DNA from: Blastococcus sp.
Lineage (GTDB): Bacteria > Actinomycetota > Actinomycetes > Mycobacteriales > Geodermatophilaceae
Direction of reading: 5' to 3'
Length of the DNA stretch: 64,000 nucleotides
NCBI GenBank assembly: GCA_025965795.1
Contig: JAOPWH010000118.1
Span: forward strand, 5,091-69,090
Shown: one piece after another, positions 18,616 to 28,730 of the stretch
Position numbering within the stretch: the stretch's first letter is position 1
Layout: the number at the start of each line of letters is the position of its first letter
Program-made: the position numbers and the translations under genes
The notes under the pieces: generated by a model
Database searches by the model: none
Seen by the model: only the letters and a program-made list of their open reading frames with translations
Told to the model about the DNA's origin: nothing

Positions 18616-21600
18616 TCAGCCCGCTCGCGTCGCCGCGCGTGCCCGGGCCTCCTCCGCCAGCTCCTGGGCTGATTCGGCGGACTCCTCCGCGCCCGCCTCC
18701 GCGAAGAGGCCGGCCGCCCGTTCGGCGCAGTCCCGTGCCCCGTCGGGATCTTCCCGGCGCAGGCGGACGCCGGCCTGGACCAGCAGCGCGTCGGCGACGG
18801 TGAGCGGGTCGTCCAGAGTGGTCGCGAGCCGCAGCGCTTCGTCCGCCCGGTCGTCGGCGTCGGCCAGTCGGTCGTCCAGCATGAGCTTCTCGGCGAGGTT
18901 CGCGAGCCCGGCCGCCAGACCCGACGCATGTCCTACCCGGCGGAACTCCGCGACCGCCCGCTCGTCGCAGCCGATGGCGTCGGCCAGCGCCCCCCGCCGC
19001 AGCTCGAGCATGCCGAGGTTGAGCAACGTGCCGCCGATCTCCTCGACCCCGCCGCAGCGCTCGGCGAGCCGCAACCCCTCGCGCAGCAGGCGGGCGGCGT
19101 CGTCGAGCCGGCCGAGGAGCCCGAGCACACCGCCCACGACGCGTGCCGCTGTCGCCAGCCCCGGCACATCCCCACCGGCTTCCAGCAGCCGCTGCGCGCT
19201 GCGGCCGTGCTCCAGCGCCTCCGGCAACCGGCCGGTGTCCTCCAGGGCGCGGGCCAGCTGCAGGTGCAGCGGCGCCGCAGTCGGGGAGCCGGGCGGCGCC
19301 ACCGTCAGCCCCGACCGCAGTTCCCGCTCGGCCTCGGCGAGCCGGCCGGCCACGAGGTGGGTGCGACCCAGCTCGAGCTGCAGGGCGGCGGTGCGCTCCG
19401 CGTCGCCGTCCGCGAGCGCCAGGCCCTCGTCCAGGAGGTGCAGTGCGGCGTCGAGCTCCCCTCGCTTGCGGAGGGCGCCGGCGAGCCCGCGCCGGGCGAC
19501 GACGTCGCCGGGCACGGTGTCCAGCGCCTCGCGGTAGGCGGTGGCCGCGCCGTCGTAGTGGCCGGTGAGGTCCTGGACGGCCCCGAGTTCGCGCAACAGC
19601 TCGGGCAGCACGTCGGGCGCGCATGCGCGGGCGACCTCCACCGCGCGGGTCAGATGCCCGGTCGCCTCCTCGTTGGCGAACAATGCCCTCGCCCTGCTGC
19701 CCGCCCTGCGCAGGGCCACCACCGCGGGAGCACCCGCCTCGGCGAGGTAGAGGTGGCGGGCGAGGACGTCGGCACCCTTGTCGTCATCGCCGTAGAGCCG
19801 TGCGGCAGCGGCGGCCACACGGGCGTGGAGATCTCGCCGGTGGCGGCGCAGCAGCCGCGAATAGGCCGCGTCCTGGAGCAGTGCGTGCTGGAAGGCGAGG
19901 ACGCCGTCGGCAACGTCCTCGTCGACGGCGCGTACGAACCGGAGCCGGTGCAGGTCGGCCAGAGCTGCCCCGATCTCCGACGCGGCGAGGCCCGACTCCG
20001 CCAGGACGGCGCCGAGCAGCGGCCGGGGCACCGTCCGCCCGATGACCGCGGCGGCCTGCAGCACCCCCACGGTCCTGCCCGGCAGCCGGTCCATCCGGGC
20101 CGCGAGCACTCCCTCGATGGTCGGCGGCAGCTCGTCGGAGTCCCAGCCCGGTTCCAGCCGCCAGCCGTCGTCGCCCACCGTGACCAGGCCCTGGTCGGCG
20201 AGCGCGCTGACGGACTCCAGGACGAAGAACGGATTGCCCGCCGTACGGGTCGCGAGAAACGCCACGAGGGCCTCCGGCGGGTCCGGGGCGAACACTGCGT
20301 CGAGCACCTCCCGGACGGCGGGTGCCGGCGCGCGGTCCAGGTCGACCGTGTGCCGCCGCAGCGCCGCGTCCGCGCCGACCTCCCGCTCGATGTCCGGCCC
20401 CGACCGGGTGGTCAGGCAGACCAGCAGGGGCAGGTCCGGGGCCGCACAGAGGACCTCACGCAGCAGGGCGAGCGTCGACGGGTCGGCCCAGTGGACGTCC
20501 TCGAGGGCCAGCACCAACGGGCGATGCAACGCGAGGCCACGGACGAGGTCGACGACAGCACGGTGCGTCTCCCTGCGGCGCGCCTCGGGTTCCAGGTCCG
20601 CGACGCGCTCGGCGTCCGGTGCAGCCGTGTCCGGGTGTGCGGCCCCGAGCAGCACGGCCAGGAAGGGCGACGCCTCGGGCGTACCGCGCGCCGCCTCGAG
20701 CTCGCCGAGCCGCCGGAAGACCTCGTCCGAGGAGCTCGACGGGCCCGCCCCCGCGACCGACCGCAGCAGCTCGGCCCACGGCGCGTACGGCGTCGCGGTG
20801 CCGGAGGAGGAGCACGCAGCCGACGCCCATTCCCGCCCGGCGGCCTGAGCGCGCAGGCGCGCCTCCTCGAGGAGCCTCGACTTCCCGCTGCCCGGCTCAC
20901 CGGCGACGACGACCAGCGCCAGGCCGTGGGCGCCGTCCCGCAGGGCCTGGTCGAGCACGCCGACCTCGGCGTCGCGGCCGACCAGCCGGGGCAGGTCCCG
21001 CGCGGCCTCGGCACGCTCGCCCAGCAGCCGCCAGGCGGGTACGGGCTCCGCCCGGCCCTTCACGTCCTGGGGCCCCCGGGGATCCAGGTCGAACCGCCCG
21101 CGGACGCAGCGCACCGTCGCCTCGCCGACGTAGGTCTGCCCGGGAGGAGCCAACGACTCCAGCCGCTGGGCCAGGATCACGGCGTCCCCGAGCACGGCGT
21201 AGTCCAGTTTCACGTCGTGCCCGATCACCCGGGCGACTGCGTGACCGGTGTTGACGCCGATGTGCAGGGTCAGGTCGTCGGCCAGGCCGGCTGCCAGCCG
21301 CGGGAGCTCGGCGTGCATCTCCAGGGCGACGCGCAGCGCCCGCTCCGCGTCGTCCTCGTGTGCCACGGGCGCGCCGAACAGGGCGAGCAGGGCGTCCCCT
21401 GCGAACTTCTCGACGTAGCCACCGTGCCGGCCCACGATCTCGGTCAGCCCGGCGATCACCGGGTCGATCACCTCGAGCAGTTGCTCGGGATCCAGGCGGC
21501 CGGCCAGTGTGGTGAAACCGGACAGATCCGCGAACAGCGCGGTGACCAGCCGCCGCTCCTCCGCCAGGCGACCGCCGGCCTCGACCAGCCGATCGACGAC

Positions 21601-21795
21601 CTGGGAGTCCACAAAGCTTCGCAGCAGCCGGGTGACCTCGATGTCGCGCGCGGCGACCTCCGGCTCCCGGGGAGCCGCCGGCGGCCCGGGCGCCGTGGGG
21701 GAGCCGTCGCCCCCCGACGGAGTGCCGCAGTGGCCGCAGAACCGGAAGCCGTCAGGGTTGTCCCCGCCGCAACCGAGACACCGCCAGCTGGACAT
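18616..21795 (-). CDS. Class III adenylate/guanylate cyclase with zinc ribbon, P-loop (STAND-like) NTPase and TPR repeats
   Basis: CLGCG...FCGHCG; FADLSGFT, EKFAGD; GEPGSGKS, LEDVHWAD, GNPFF; TPR-like C-terminus; start at MSSWRC. Confidence 0.9.
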   Translation of the reverse strand: MSSWRCLGCGGDNPDGFRFCGHCGTPSGGDGSPTAPGPPAAPREPEVAARDIEVTRLLRSFVDSQVVDRLVEAGGRLAEERRLVTALFADLSGFTTLAGRLDPEQLLEVIDPVIAGLTEIVGRHGGYVEKFAGDALLALFGAPVAHEDDAERALRVALEMHAELPRLAAGLADDLTLHIGVNTGHAVARVIGHDVKLDYAVLGDAVILAQRLESLAPPGQTYVGEATVRCVRGRFDLDPRGPQDVKGRAEPVPAWRLLGERAEAARDLPRLVGRDAEVGVLDQALRDGAHGLALVVVAGEPGSGKSRLLEEARLRAQAAGREWASAACSSSGTATPYAPWAELLRSVAGAGPSSSSDEVFRRLGELEAARGTPEASPFLAVLLGAAHPDTAAPDAERVADLEPEARRRETHRAVVDLVRGLALHRPLVLALEDVHWADPSTLALLREVLCAAPDLPLLVCLTTRSGPDIEREVGADAALRRHTVDLDRAPAPAVREVLDAVFAPDPPEALVAFLATRTAGNPFFVLESVSALADQGLVTVGDDGWRLEPGWDSDELPPTIEGVLAARMDRLPGRTVGVLQAAAVIGRTVPRPLLGAVLAESGLAASEIGAALADLHRLRFVRAVDEDVADGVLAFQHALLQDAAYSRLLRRHRRDLHARVAAAAARLYGDDDKGADVLARHLYLAEAGAPAVVALRRAGSRARALFANEEATGHLTRAVEVARACAPDVLPELLRELGAVQDLTGHYDGAATAYREALDTVPGDVVARRGLAGALRKRGELDAALHLLDEGLALADGDAERTAALQLELGRTHLVAGRLAEAERELRSGLTVAPPGSPTAAPLHLQLARALEDTGRLPEALEHGRSAQRLLEAGGDVPGLATAARVVGGVLGLLGRLDDAARLLREGLRLAERCGGVEEIGGTLLNLGMLELRRGALADAIGCDERAVAEFRRVGHASGLAAGLANLAEKLMLDDRLADADDRADEALRLATTLDDPLTVADALLVQAGVRLRREDPDGARDCAERAAGLFAEAGAEESAESAQELAEEARARAATRAG

Positions 21796-21960
21796 CGGCG
21801 CGCACGCTACGCCGGGAAGCGGTCCCTGGCCGCCCGCGCTCTCCCTGCTACGCGGTGTCCGGCCCGGGACAGCCGGGGTGTCGGCCACCTGACAGCCAGG
21901 GGCCTCGCGAGGTCCGAACCTTCCAGGACAGGACGACCGACACCGACCCCGGAGCTCACC

Positions 21961-23919
21961 GTGCCGACCACCTCGACCACCTCGATCGCCCGCGCCACCC
22001 TCCTCGCCCTCGCCGTCGCGGCGAGCAGCATCGCGCTCGCGCCGTCGTCCGCCTCGGCGGCGACGACGTGCGCGAAGTGGGCCGCGACCTCGGGCAGCGA
22101 CCTCGCCGCCGGCACCGCCGCCGCGCCCTACCGCTCCCTGGCCAAGCTCGTGTCGGCCCTGCAGCCGGGGGAGACCGGATGTCTGCCTGCTGGGCAGACC
22201 TACGAGGCGATCCAGGGAAACGGCATCGTCCGCGGCGGGGCCGGGACGGCCGCGCTTCCTGTGACGATCACGAGCGGGCCGGGCGTGCGGGCCACGGTCA
22301 GGGGCGCAGTGCTCCTCGCCCCGGCGTCCCACGACGTCGTGCTCACCGGCCTCGACGTCCGGGGCGGCTACACCGGCCCCGGCTACGACAAGGGCACCCT
22401 TCTCAAGGTCGAGGGCGACCGCGTCGCGATCGTCGCCAACGACATCAGCAACCCGCGCGGCATCTGCATCGGAGCAGGCCGCGCACACGAGACCGATCCG
22501 ACCGTGAACGAGGTGGCCGAGAACCTGCGGATCACCCACAACCGGATCCACGACTGCGGCATGGATCCCGCGCTCACCTGGTCCGTGGAGGACTCCGGCT
22601 CGCACGGCATCTACCTCGAGAACACCCTCCGCGCCCGCGTGGCCGACAACCTCGTCTACCGGAACCGCTTTCGGGGCCTGCAGCTGTGGCCACGCAACGA
22701 CGGGGCAGTCGTCGAGAACAACCTCTTCGACGAGAACTCGACCCACGTCAACATCGGCAGCTCCATCGGTCCGAACGGGGGCTTCGTGGCGCAGAACACC
22801 ACCGTCCGCGGCAACCTGTTCACGGGCCGGGTCACCACATTCTGGACCTCGAAGAACCCCTCCCAGCTGTACGGCTACTTCCCTGCCGGTTCCCCGACCT
22901 ACGGCAATGTCGTCTCCGGCAACTGCTTCGCCCCCGGTGACGCCACCGCGACGGGCAACGGCTACGTCCTCGGGACGAACACGGTGACCCAGGCGCAGTT
23001 CCAGGACCGGACGGCTCGTGACTACCGGCTGGTGGGGACGGCCTGCCTCGGCTACGGCCCGGCCTCGATCCAGCCGGGCACGACGGCCGGCGGGCACGCG
23101 GTCACCGTCAGCGCCCCGGGGTCGGGGGTGACCGGCGACGCCGTCGCCGCGGTGGTCACGGTGCGCAACGGGACGGCGAGCGCACGGACCCTCACCATCG
23201 ACCTCGGCACCTCGCCCGGCCTGCGACTGCTGGCCCCGGTCGCGTCCACCGGCTCCTGCACCGGCACGACCTGCACGGCCTCCGTGCCCGCCAGCGGCTC
23301 GGTCCAGCTCACCGCCACGCTCGGCGTCACGGCGGGCGGCACCCAGTCGGTCACCGCCGCCATCCGCGAGACGGACACGACTCCCGCGGACAACCGGGCG
23401 ACGGCGACGATCACGGGCAGCGGCCCGGCGTGCACCTTCGTCGGTACGCAGGCCGCCGAAACCGTGGGGGGAACTGCCGGCGACGACGTCCTCTGCCTCT
23501 TCGGCGGCAACGACACGGCCCTGCCGGCCGGTGGCCAGGACATCGTGATCGGCGGCGCCGGGACCGACCGGCTGTCCTACTCGAACGCCGGCAACGCCGT
23601 CACGATCAACTTCACGCAGGGCGCCGCCTGGGACTCCGCGGGCGGAACCATCGGCTGGGACCGGTTCCTCGGCATCGAGGCGGCCACCGGTTCGGCGTTC
23701 GGCGACACCGTCGTCGGCAGCGCAGCGGCGGAGATCCTCGACGGGCTCGAGGGCGCCGACCAGATGTGGGGCTACGGCGGCAACGACGTGCTCAAGGGCT
23801 GGAGCGGCGACGACCGACTGTACGGCGGCGACGGGGACGACTCGTTCGACGGCGGCGAGGGCGTCGACACCTGCAATCAGGGCCTGGGGACCGGTACGAA
23901 GGTGACCTGCGAGGCGTGA
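21961..23919 (+). CDS. Secreted right-handed beta-helix protein with DUF11-like domain and RTX Ca-binding repeats
   Basis: GGAG RBS and GTG; GTAAAPYRSL; N-rich beta-helix; DTTPADNRAT; GGxGxD nonapeptides. Confidence 0.85.
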   Translation: MPTTSTTSIARATLLALAVAASSIALAPSSASAATTCAKWAATSGSDLAAGTAAAPYRSLAKLVSALQPGETGCLPAGQTYEAIQGNGIVRGGAGTAALPVTITSGPGVRATVRGAVLLAPASHDVVLTGLDVRGGYTGPGYDKGTLLKVEGDRVAIVANDISNPRGICIGAGRAHETDPTVNEVAENLRITHNRIHDCGMDPALTWSVEDSGSHGIYLENTLRARVADNLVYRNRFRGLQLWPRNDGAVVENNLFDENSTHVNIGSSIGPNGGFVAQNTTVRGNLFTGRVTTFWTSKNPSQLYGYFPAGSPTYGNVVSGNCFAPGDATATGNGYVLGTNTVTQAQFQDRTARDYRLVGTACLGYGPASIQPGTTAGGHAVTVSAPGSGVTGDAVAAVVTVRNGTASARTLTIDLGTSPGLRLLAPVASTGSCTGTTCTASVPASGSVQLTATLGVTAGGTQSVTAAIRETDTTPADNRATATITGSGPACTFVGTQAAETVGGTAGDDVLCLFGGNDTALPAGGQDIVIGGAGTDRLSYSNAGNAVTINFTQGAAWDSAGGTIGWDRFLGIEAATGSAFGDTVVGSAAAEILDGLEGADQMWGYGGNDVLKGWSGDDRLYGGDGDDSFDGGEGVDTCNQGLGTGTKVTCEA

Positions 23920-23922
23920 TCC

Positions 23923-23969
23923 ACGCGGGGGCGGGGAGCAGGCGTCCGCCTGGTCCCCGCCCCCTGCGT
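23923..23969 (+). terminator. Terminator hairpin
   Basis: GGGGGCGGGGA-GCAGGCG...CGCCTGG-TCCCCGCCCCC just after the stop. Confidence 0.7.
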
Positions 23970-24265
23970 CCGGCGTGCGGCCTCAGAACGGCGGAGGGTC
24001 CTCGTAGCCGTCTGCGCCTTGCTCAGCAGTGACACGGGCAACCGGCGGTCAGCCAGTGGCTGCTCGATCGACCGGTCCAGCAGCAGTCCCTCGAAGCACT
24101 GCTGCCCCCGTACTCGACTCCTGGACCGGACACAGGTTCGAGCTCCGACAGTTGCGGGCCCTGATGAGGACGCTCGGGCGGCGAGAAACGCCGCCGCCCG
24201 GAGGCGCGGCTGAGGCCAGTGGTCCCACGCGGATCGGCACCCGCATCCGGCCTACCCTGGCGCGC

Positions 24266-26074
24266 GTGGGCTCCTCGCTGATCCTGTCCCGCCGCGACCT
24301 GGACTTCCTGCTGCACGAGTGGCTCGACGTCGAGTCGCTGATCAAGCGACCGCGGTTCACCGAGCACTCGCGCGAGACCTTCGACGCCGTCCTCGACCTC
24401 GCTCAGCAGATCGCGACCGACCACTTCGCGCCGCACAACCGCAAGGCCGACGAGAACGAGCCCCGGTTCGTCGACGGCAGGGTCGAGCTGATCCCGGAGG
24501 TCGCGAAAGCACTCGAGGTGTTCACCGACGCCGGGATGATGGCGGGGTCCTTCGACGAGGAGTACGGCGGCATGCAGCTGCCGCACGCCGTGTCGCAGGC
24601 CGCCATGGCCTGGTTCCAGGCGGCCAACATCAGCACGTCGGCCTATCCCTTCCTCACGATGGGCAACGCGCGGCTCCTGCTCGCCCACGGCAGCCAGCAG
24701 CAGATCGACACCTATGTGCGCCCCCAGCTCGAGGGCCGCTGGTTCGGCACCATGGCGCTCTCGGAGCCGCAGGCCGGCTCGTCACTCGCCGACATCACCA
24801 CGAAGGCCGAGCCCCAGGACGACGGCACCTACCGGCTGACCGGCAACAAGATGTGGATCTCCGGCGGCGACCACGAGCTGACCGAGAACATCGTCCACCT
24901 GGTGCTCGCCAAGATTCCCGGCGGTCCGCCCGGCGTGAAGGGCATCTCGCTGTTCGTCGTGCCCAAGTTCCTGGTGGACGACGACGGCTCGCTCGGTGAG
25001 CGCAACGACGTCGTCCTGGCCGGGCTCAATCACAAGATGGGCTACCGGGGGACGACGAACACCCTGCTGAACTTCGGGGAGGGCGTGCACACGCCGGGCG
25101 GGCGGGCCGGCGCGGTCGGGTTCCTGGTCGGCGAGCAGCACCGCGGCCTGACCTACATGTTCTCCATGATGAACGAGGCCCGGATCGGCGTGGGCATGGG
25201 CGCGACCGTGCTCGGCTACACCGGCTACCTGCACGCGCTCGACTACGCGCGCACCCGCACCCAGGGGCGGCCGGCCGGCGCGAAGACCACGACATCGAAC
25301 GGCGCCTCCTCGGCGCCGGTGCCGATCGTCGCGCACCCCGACGTCCGGCGGATGCTGCTCGCGGCCAAGTCCTACGTGGAGGGCGGGCTCGCCCTCGGCC
25401 TGTACTGCGCGCGGCTGGTCGACGAGGAGCAGACCGCGGAGTCCGACGACGTCCGCGCCCGTGCACACCTCCTGCTCGACGTGCTCACCCCGATCGCGAA
25501 GGCGTGGCCGTCACAGTGGGGGCCGGTCGCCGACGACCTGGCCATCCAGGTGCACGGCGGGTACGGCTACACCCGCGACTACCCGGTCGAGCAGTTCTAC
25601 CGGGACAACCGGCTGAACCCGATCCACGAGGGGACCAACGGCATCCAGGCGTTGGACCTGCTCGGCCGCAAGGCGGTCATGCAGGGCGGCGCGGGCCTGA
25701 CGCTGCTCGGCGAGACCATCACCGCCACGACCGCGCGGGCGATCGGCACGCAGTGGGCGGCGTTCGCCGCGGACGTCGACGCCGCCGTCGCCCGGCTGGG
25801 CTCGGTGACCGCCACGCTCTGGAGCGCGGGCGACCCGGAGGTGACCCTGGCCAACGCGCACGTCTACCTGGAGGCCGCCGGCCACCTGGTGGTGGCATGG
25901 GTGTGGCTGGAGCAGGCGCTCGCGACGGGTTCGTCGGACTCTGACTTCCACGAGGGGAAGCGACAGGCGGCGCGCTACTTCTGGCGCTGGGAGCTGCCGA
26001 AGGTGGCGGCCCAGTTCGACCTGCTCGAGTCCCTGGACCGGACGGTGCTCGACACCCCCGACCGCTGGCTCTGA
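24266..26074 (+). CDS. Acyl-CoA dehydrogenase (about 600-aa type)
   Basis: MALSEPQAGSSL, GNKMWISGG, QVHGGYGY, IHEGTNGIQ; probably leaderless GTG 7 nt after TACCCT. Confidence 0.93.
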   Translation: MGSSLILSRRDLDFLLHEWLDVESLIKRPRFTEHSRETFDAVLDLAQQIATDHFAPHNRKADENEPRFVDGRVELIPEVAKALEVFTDAGMMAGSFDEEYGGMQLPHAVSQAAMAWFQAANISTSAYPFLTMGNARLLLAHGSQQQIDTYVRPQLEGRWFGTMALSEPQAGSSLADITTKAEPQDDGTYRLTGNKMWISGGDHELTENIVHLVLAKIPGGPPGVKGISLFVVPKFLVDDDGSLGERNDVVLAGLNHKMGYRGTTNTLLNFGEGVHTPGGRAGAVGFLVGEQHRGLTYMFSMMNEARIGVGMGATVLGYTGYLHALDYARTRTQGRPAGAKTTTSNGASSAPVPIVAHPDVRRMLLAAKSYVEGGLALGLYCARLVDEEQTAESDDVRARAHLLLDVLTPIAKAWPSQWGPVADDLAIQVHGGYGYTRDYPVEQFYRDNRLNPIHEGTNGIQALDLLGRKAVMQGGAGLTLLGETITATTARAIGTQWAAFAADVDAAVARLGSVTATLWSAGDPEVTLANAHVYLEAAGHLVVAWVWLEQALATGSSDSDFHEGKRQAARYFWRWELPKVAAQFDLLESLDRTVLDTPDRWL

Positions 26075-26123
26075 CCCGACGCGCACTGCCCTTGGGAGCG
26101 ACGGTGCTACCGAGCTGATGCGC

Positions 26124-27026
26124 CTAGGGCCTGGTAGCGGCGTACAGCGCCGACACGTCGGCGGCCGTCAGCGCCCGGTTGTACAGGCGGAAGTCGTCGA
26201 TGGCGCCGTTCCACCAGTTGTGGAAGTAGTCGGGCGCCCACTGGGTCTTGTCGTTGCCGCCGACCACCAGCGCCCCGGTGTTGCGGTCGAGGGGGAGATC
26301 GACGGTCCTCGAGGCGTCCAGAACGCCGTTCAGGTAGATCTTCACGGCAGAGCCGTTGTAGGTGCAGACCGCATGAGCCCATGTGGTGTTGCCTGCGCCG
26401 TGCGGCACGACGGTTCTGCCGGTGACCTGCAGGTACCGGCCGCCACCGAAACGACCTCCGCAGCGCAGCACGTAGTGCGGATCCGTGCTGTCGGAATGGT
26501 TCACGGTGCTGTCGTTGCCATTGCGGACGTTGAACCAGTAGGACGACGCCTTCTCGGCGATCTCCCAGTTCTCTTCCGTCGTGTCGCTCTCTGTGATCTT
26601 GATCCACGAGGCGATCGTGAACCGGCTCACCTGCAGGGATGCCGACGGACTGGTGTGGTTGGTGGTCCCGACGCCTACTCGTTGTCTCAACGATCTGTCG
26701 AACACCAGAGCGACACGGGTCCCGTTGCTTCCCGGGCCCGTGCGGGGCGGCGTCGAGAAGTTGTACAGCGTGCCGTCGTTCCCTCGGCCGGAGCGGTCAA
26801 GGACCGTCGTGCCGGCGAGGTTTCTGAAGTCGTAATGGACAACTCGTCCTGAGCTGTAGTCGCTGAGCGCGCCGGCATGGCCCGGAGCCAGGATCGCCCC
26901 CACGGCGATCTGGATGGCTGCCAGGGCGACGACTGCGACGAGCGCTCGCCGGAACCACCGTCCGTGCGGGCGCACCGAGGCGCAGGGCGCCCCTGGCCTC
27001 ACGACGCCGGCTTGAGCCCCGAGCAT
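26124..27026 (-). CDS. Secreted LamG-like jellyroll (ConA-like) protein
   Basis: DRSGRGNDG, FTIASWIK, WAHAVCTYNG...IYLNG, GAIDDFRLYNRAL; start uncertain. Confidence 0.82.
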   Translation of the reverse strand: MLGAQAGVVRPGAPCASVRPHGRWFRRALVAVVALAAIQIAVGAILAPGHAGALSDYSSGRVVHYDFRNLAGTTVLDRSGRGNDGTLYNFSTPPRTGPGSNGTRVALVFDRSLRQRVGVGTTNHTSPSASLQVSRFTIASWIKITESDTTEENWEIAEKASSYWFNVRNGNDSTVNHSDSTDPHYVLRCGGRFGGGRYLQVTGRTVVPHGAGNTTWAHAVCTYNGSAVKIYLNGVLDASRTVDLPLDRNTGALVVGGNDKTQWAPDYFHNWWNGAIDDFRLYNRALTAADVSALYAATRP

Positions 27027-27179
27027 GAGGAAAAGTAGCCCCCGGGGATTCGCCGGACAGCACCTGGCGCACAGCACCGGCGCATGGCACTCGGTTGTCC
27101 TCCACGCGACGTCGCCGCGACGGTCGGCGCCCGGAGCGGGAAGCGGCGGGGCAGAACGTGGATGCGGTGTCCGGTCCGC

Positions 27180-27365
27180 TCAGGCGGCGAGGGCTCCGAC
27201 CGGCTCGGCGGCACCGTTCGCCTGCGGCACGGGGGTTCCGTCGCGCTGCTCCCGCTCGTAGCGGGCGGTGGTCTGCGCCCCCATGGCGATGACCATCGCC
27301 ATCAGGAGCAGGAAGCCGAGAAGGGTCACGGCCGGCCACATCAACATCTGTCGGATCTCCCCCAT
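27180..27365 (-). CDS. Small single-pass membrane protein
   Basis: 61 aa with one strong TM segment followed by TARYEREQ. Confidence 0.55.
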   Translation of the reverse strand: MGEIRQMLMWPAVTLLGFLLLMAMVIAMGAQTTARYEREQRDGTPVPQANGAAEPVGALAA

Positions 27366-27635
27366 GCAATTCGGGTGTCGCCAGCCGGGTCAGGGGCCGG
27401 CGACACGTCGTCCGGGTCCTTCATCCCCAGACGAATCCCATCTCAATCATCGGATCGTGATGTTCACCTGACAGCGTGTGAGCAGGCTCACTGCCCATCG
27501 ACCACGACGGCGCCGTCCTTGAGCGCCGACCCCGGATCGGCGGCAGCGACACGCCCGATTGCGCGCAACCGGCATGGAACCGAACCGTCCGGGGCATCTG
27601 ACGGGCTGCACCCGCCCGCCCGACAGAGGACCAAC

Positions 27636-28670
27636 ATGGCCGCTTCCAGCAGTTCGCGCCAGACCGCGGAGACGCAGTCCGGCAACCGGGCCAACGCCGG
27701 TGACCCCGCGCCGGACAACGACAAGATCAGCGGCACGCGCGCGGACTACGCGCCCACCGGGGCCGACCCCTCGCCGACCACAGGCGGCACGATCAAGCGG
27801 ACCCTCAAGGAGTTCAGCGAGGACAACCTCACCGACTGGGCCGCCGCGCTCACCTACTACGGCACGCTCGCGCTGTTCCCCGCACTGGTCGGCCTGCTGT
27901 CGATCATCGGCCTGCTGGCCGACCCGAAGACCCTGACCGACGCCCTGACTTCCGTGGTCCCAGGCAGCGCCTCGAGCGCCCTCACCCCGGTGATCACGCA
28001 GCTGGCGAGCAACGACAGCGCGGCCGGCTTCGGCCTCGTCCTCGGTCTGGCCGGCGCCGTCTGGTCGGCCTCGGGCTACGTCGGCGCGTTCACCCGGGCC
28101 GCCAACGTCGTCTACGAGACGCCGGAAGGCCGCAAGATCTGGAAGCTGAAGCCCCTGCAACTGCTGGTGACGCTGGTCGGCATCCTCTTCGCCGCGGTCA
28201 TCCTCGCCACGCTGGTGCTCAGCGGCCCGGTCGTCGACGCGATCGGGAAGTCGATCGGAGTCGGAGAGACCGGCCAGACGATCTGGAACGTCGTGAAGTG
28301 GCCGATCGTCCTCGTGCTGCTGGCCCTGATGATCGCCGTCCTCTACTACTCGACGCCCAACGTGAAGCTGCGCGGGTTCAAGTGGGTCAGCCCCGGTGCC
28401 GGTGTCGCGATCCTCGTCGCGGTCGTCGCGTCCGCGCTGTTCGCCTTCTACGTGGGCAACTTCGGCAGCTACAACAAGACCTACGGGGCGCTGGCCGGCG
28501 TCATCGTCTTCCTGATCTGGTTCTGGCTGATCAACCTCGCGCTGCTGTTCGGCATCGAGCTCGACGCCGAGATGGAGCGGACCAAGGAGCTGAAGGAGGG
28601 CGTGCCGAGGGCGGACAAGGAGATCCAGCTCGACGCCCGCGACGACCCGAAGCCGAAGCAGACGACGTAG
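27636..28670 (+). CDS. YihY/BrkB-family membrane protein
   Basis: DWAAALTYYG, WSASGY, YNKTYGALAGVIVFLIW, GIELDAE; GAGGA RBS. Confidence 0.92.
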   Translation: MAASSSSRQTAETQSGNRANAGDPAPDNDKISGTRADYAPTGADPSPTTGGTIKRTLKEFSEDNLTDWAAALTYYGTLALFPALVGLLSIIGLLADPKTLTDALTSVVPGSASSALTPVITQLASNDSAAGFGLVLGLAGAVWSASGYVGAFTRAANVVYETPEGRKIWKLKPLQLLVTLVGILFAAVILATLVLSGPVVDAIGKSIGVGETGQTIWNVVKWPIVLVLLALMIAVLYYSTPNVKLRGFKWVSPGAGVAILVAVVASALFAFYVGNFGSYNKTYGALAGVIVFLIWFWLINLALLFGIELDAEMERTKELKEGVPRADKEIQLDARDDPKPKQTT

Positions 28671-28678
28671 TCGCAGTC

Positions 28679-28724
28679 GAGCGGAGTGGGAAGGCGCGGA
28701 GAACCCGTCCCTCCCACTCCGCTC
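28679..28724. terminator. Bidirectional terminator hairpin
   Basis: GAGCGGAGTGGGA / TCCCACTCCGCTC 13-bp inverted repeat between convergent genes. Confidence 0.75.
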
Positions 28725-28730
28725 CTGCGT

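Noticed and set aside
18928-23097. Apparent 4-kb antisense overlap of the 1663-aa and 1493-aa ORFs
   Set aside because: Likely true starts are 21961 (+) and 21795 (-), making the genes divergent and non-overlapping.
24161-24200. CTGATGAG...GAAAC resembling a hammerhead ribozyme core
   Set aside because: No stem II closes between CUGAUGA and GAAA, and no stem I/III with a UH site is evident. The segment instead forms a simple CGGGCGGCG/CGCCGCCCG hairpin.
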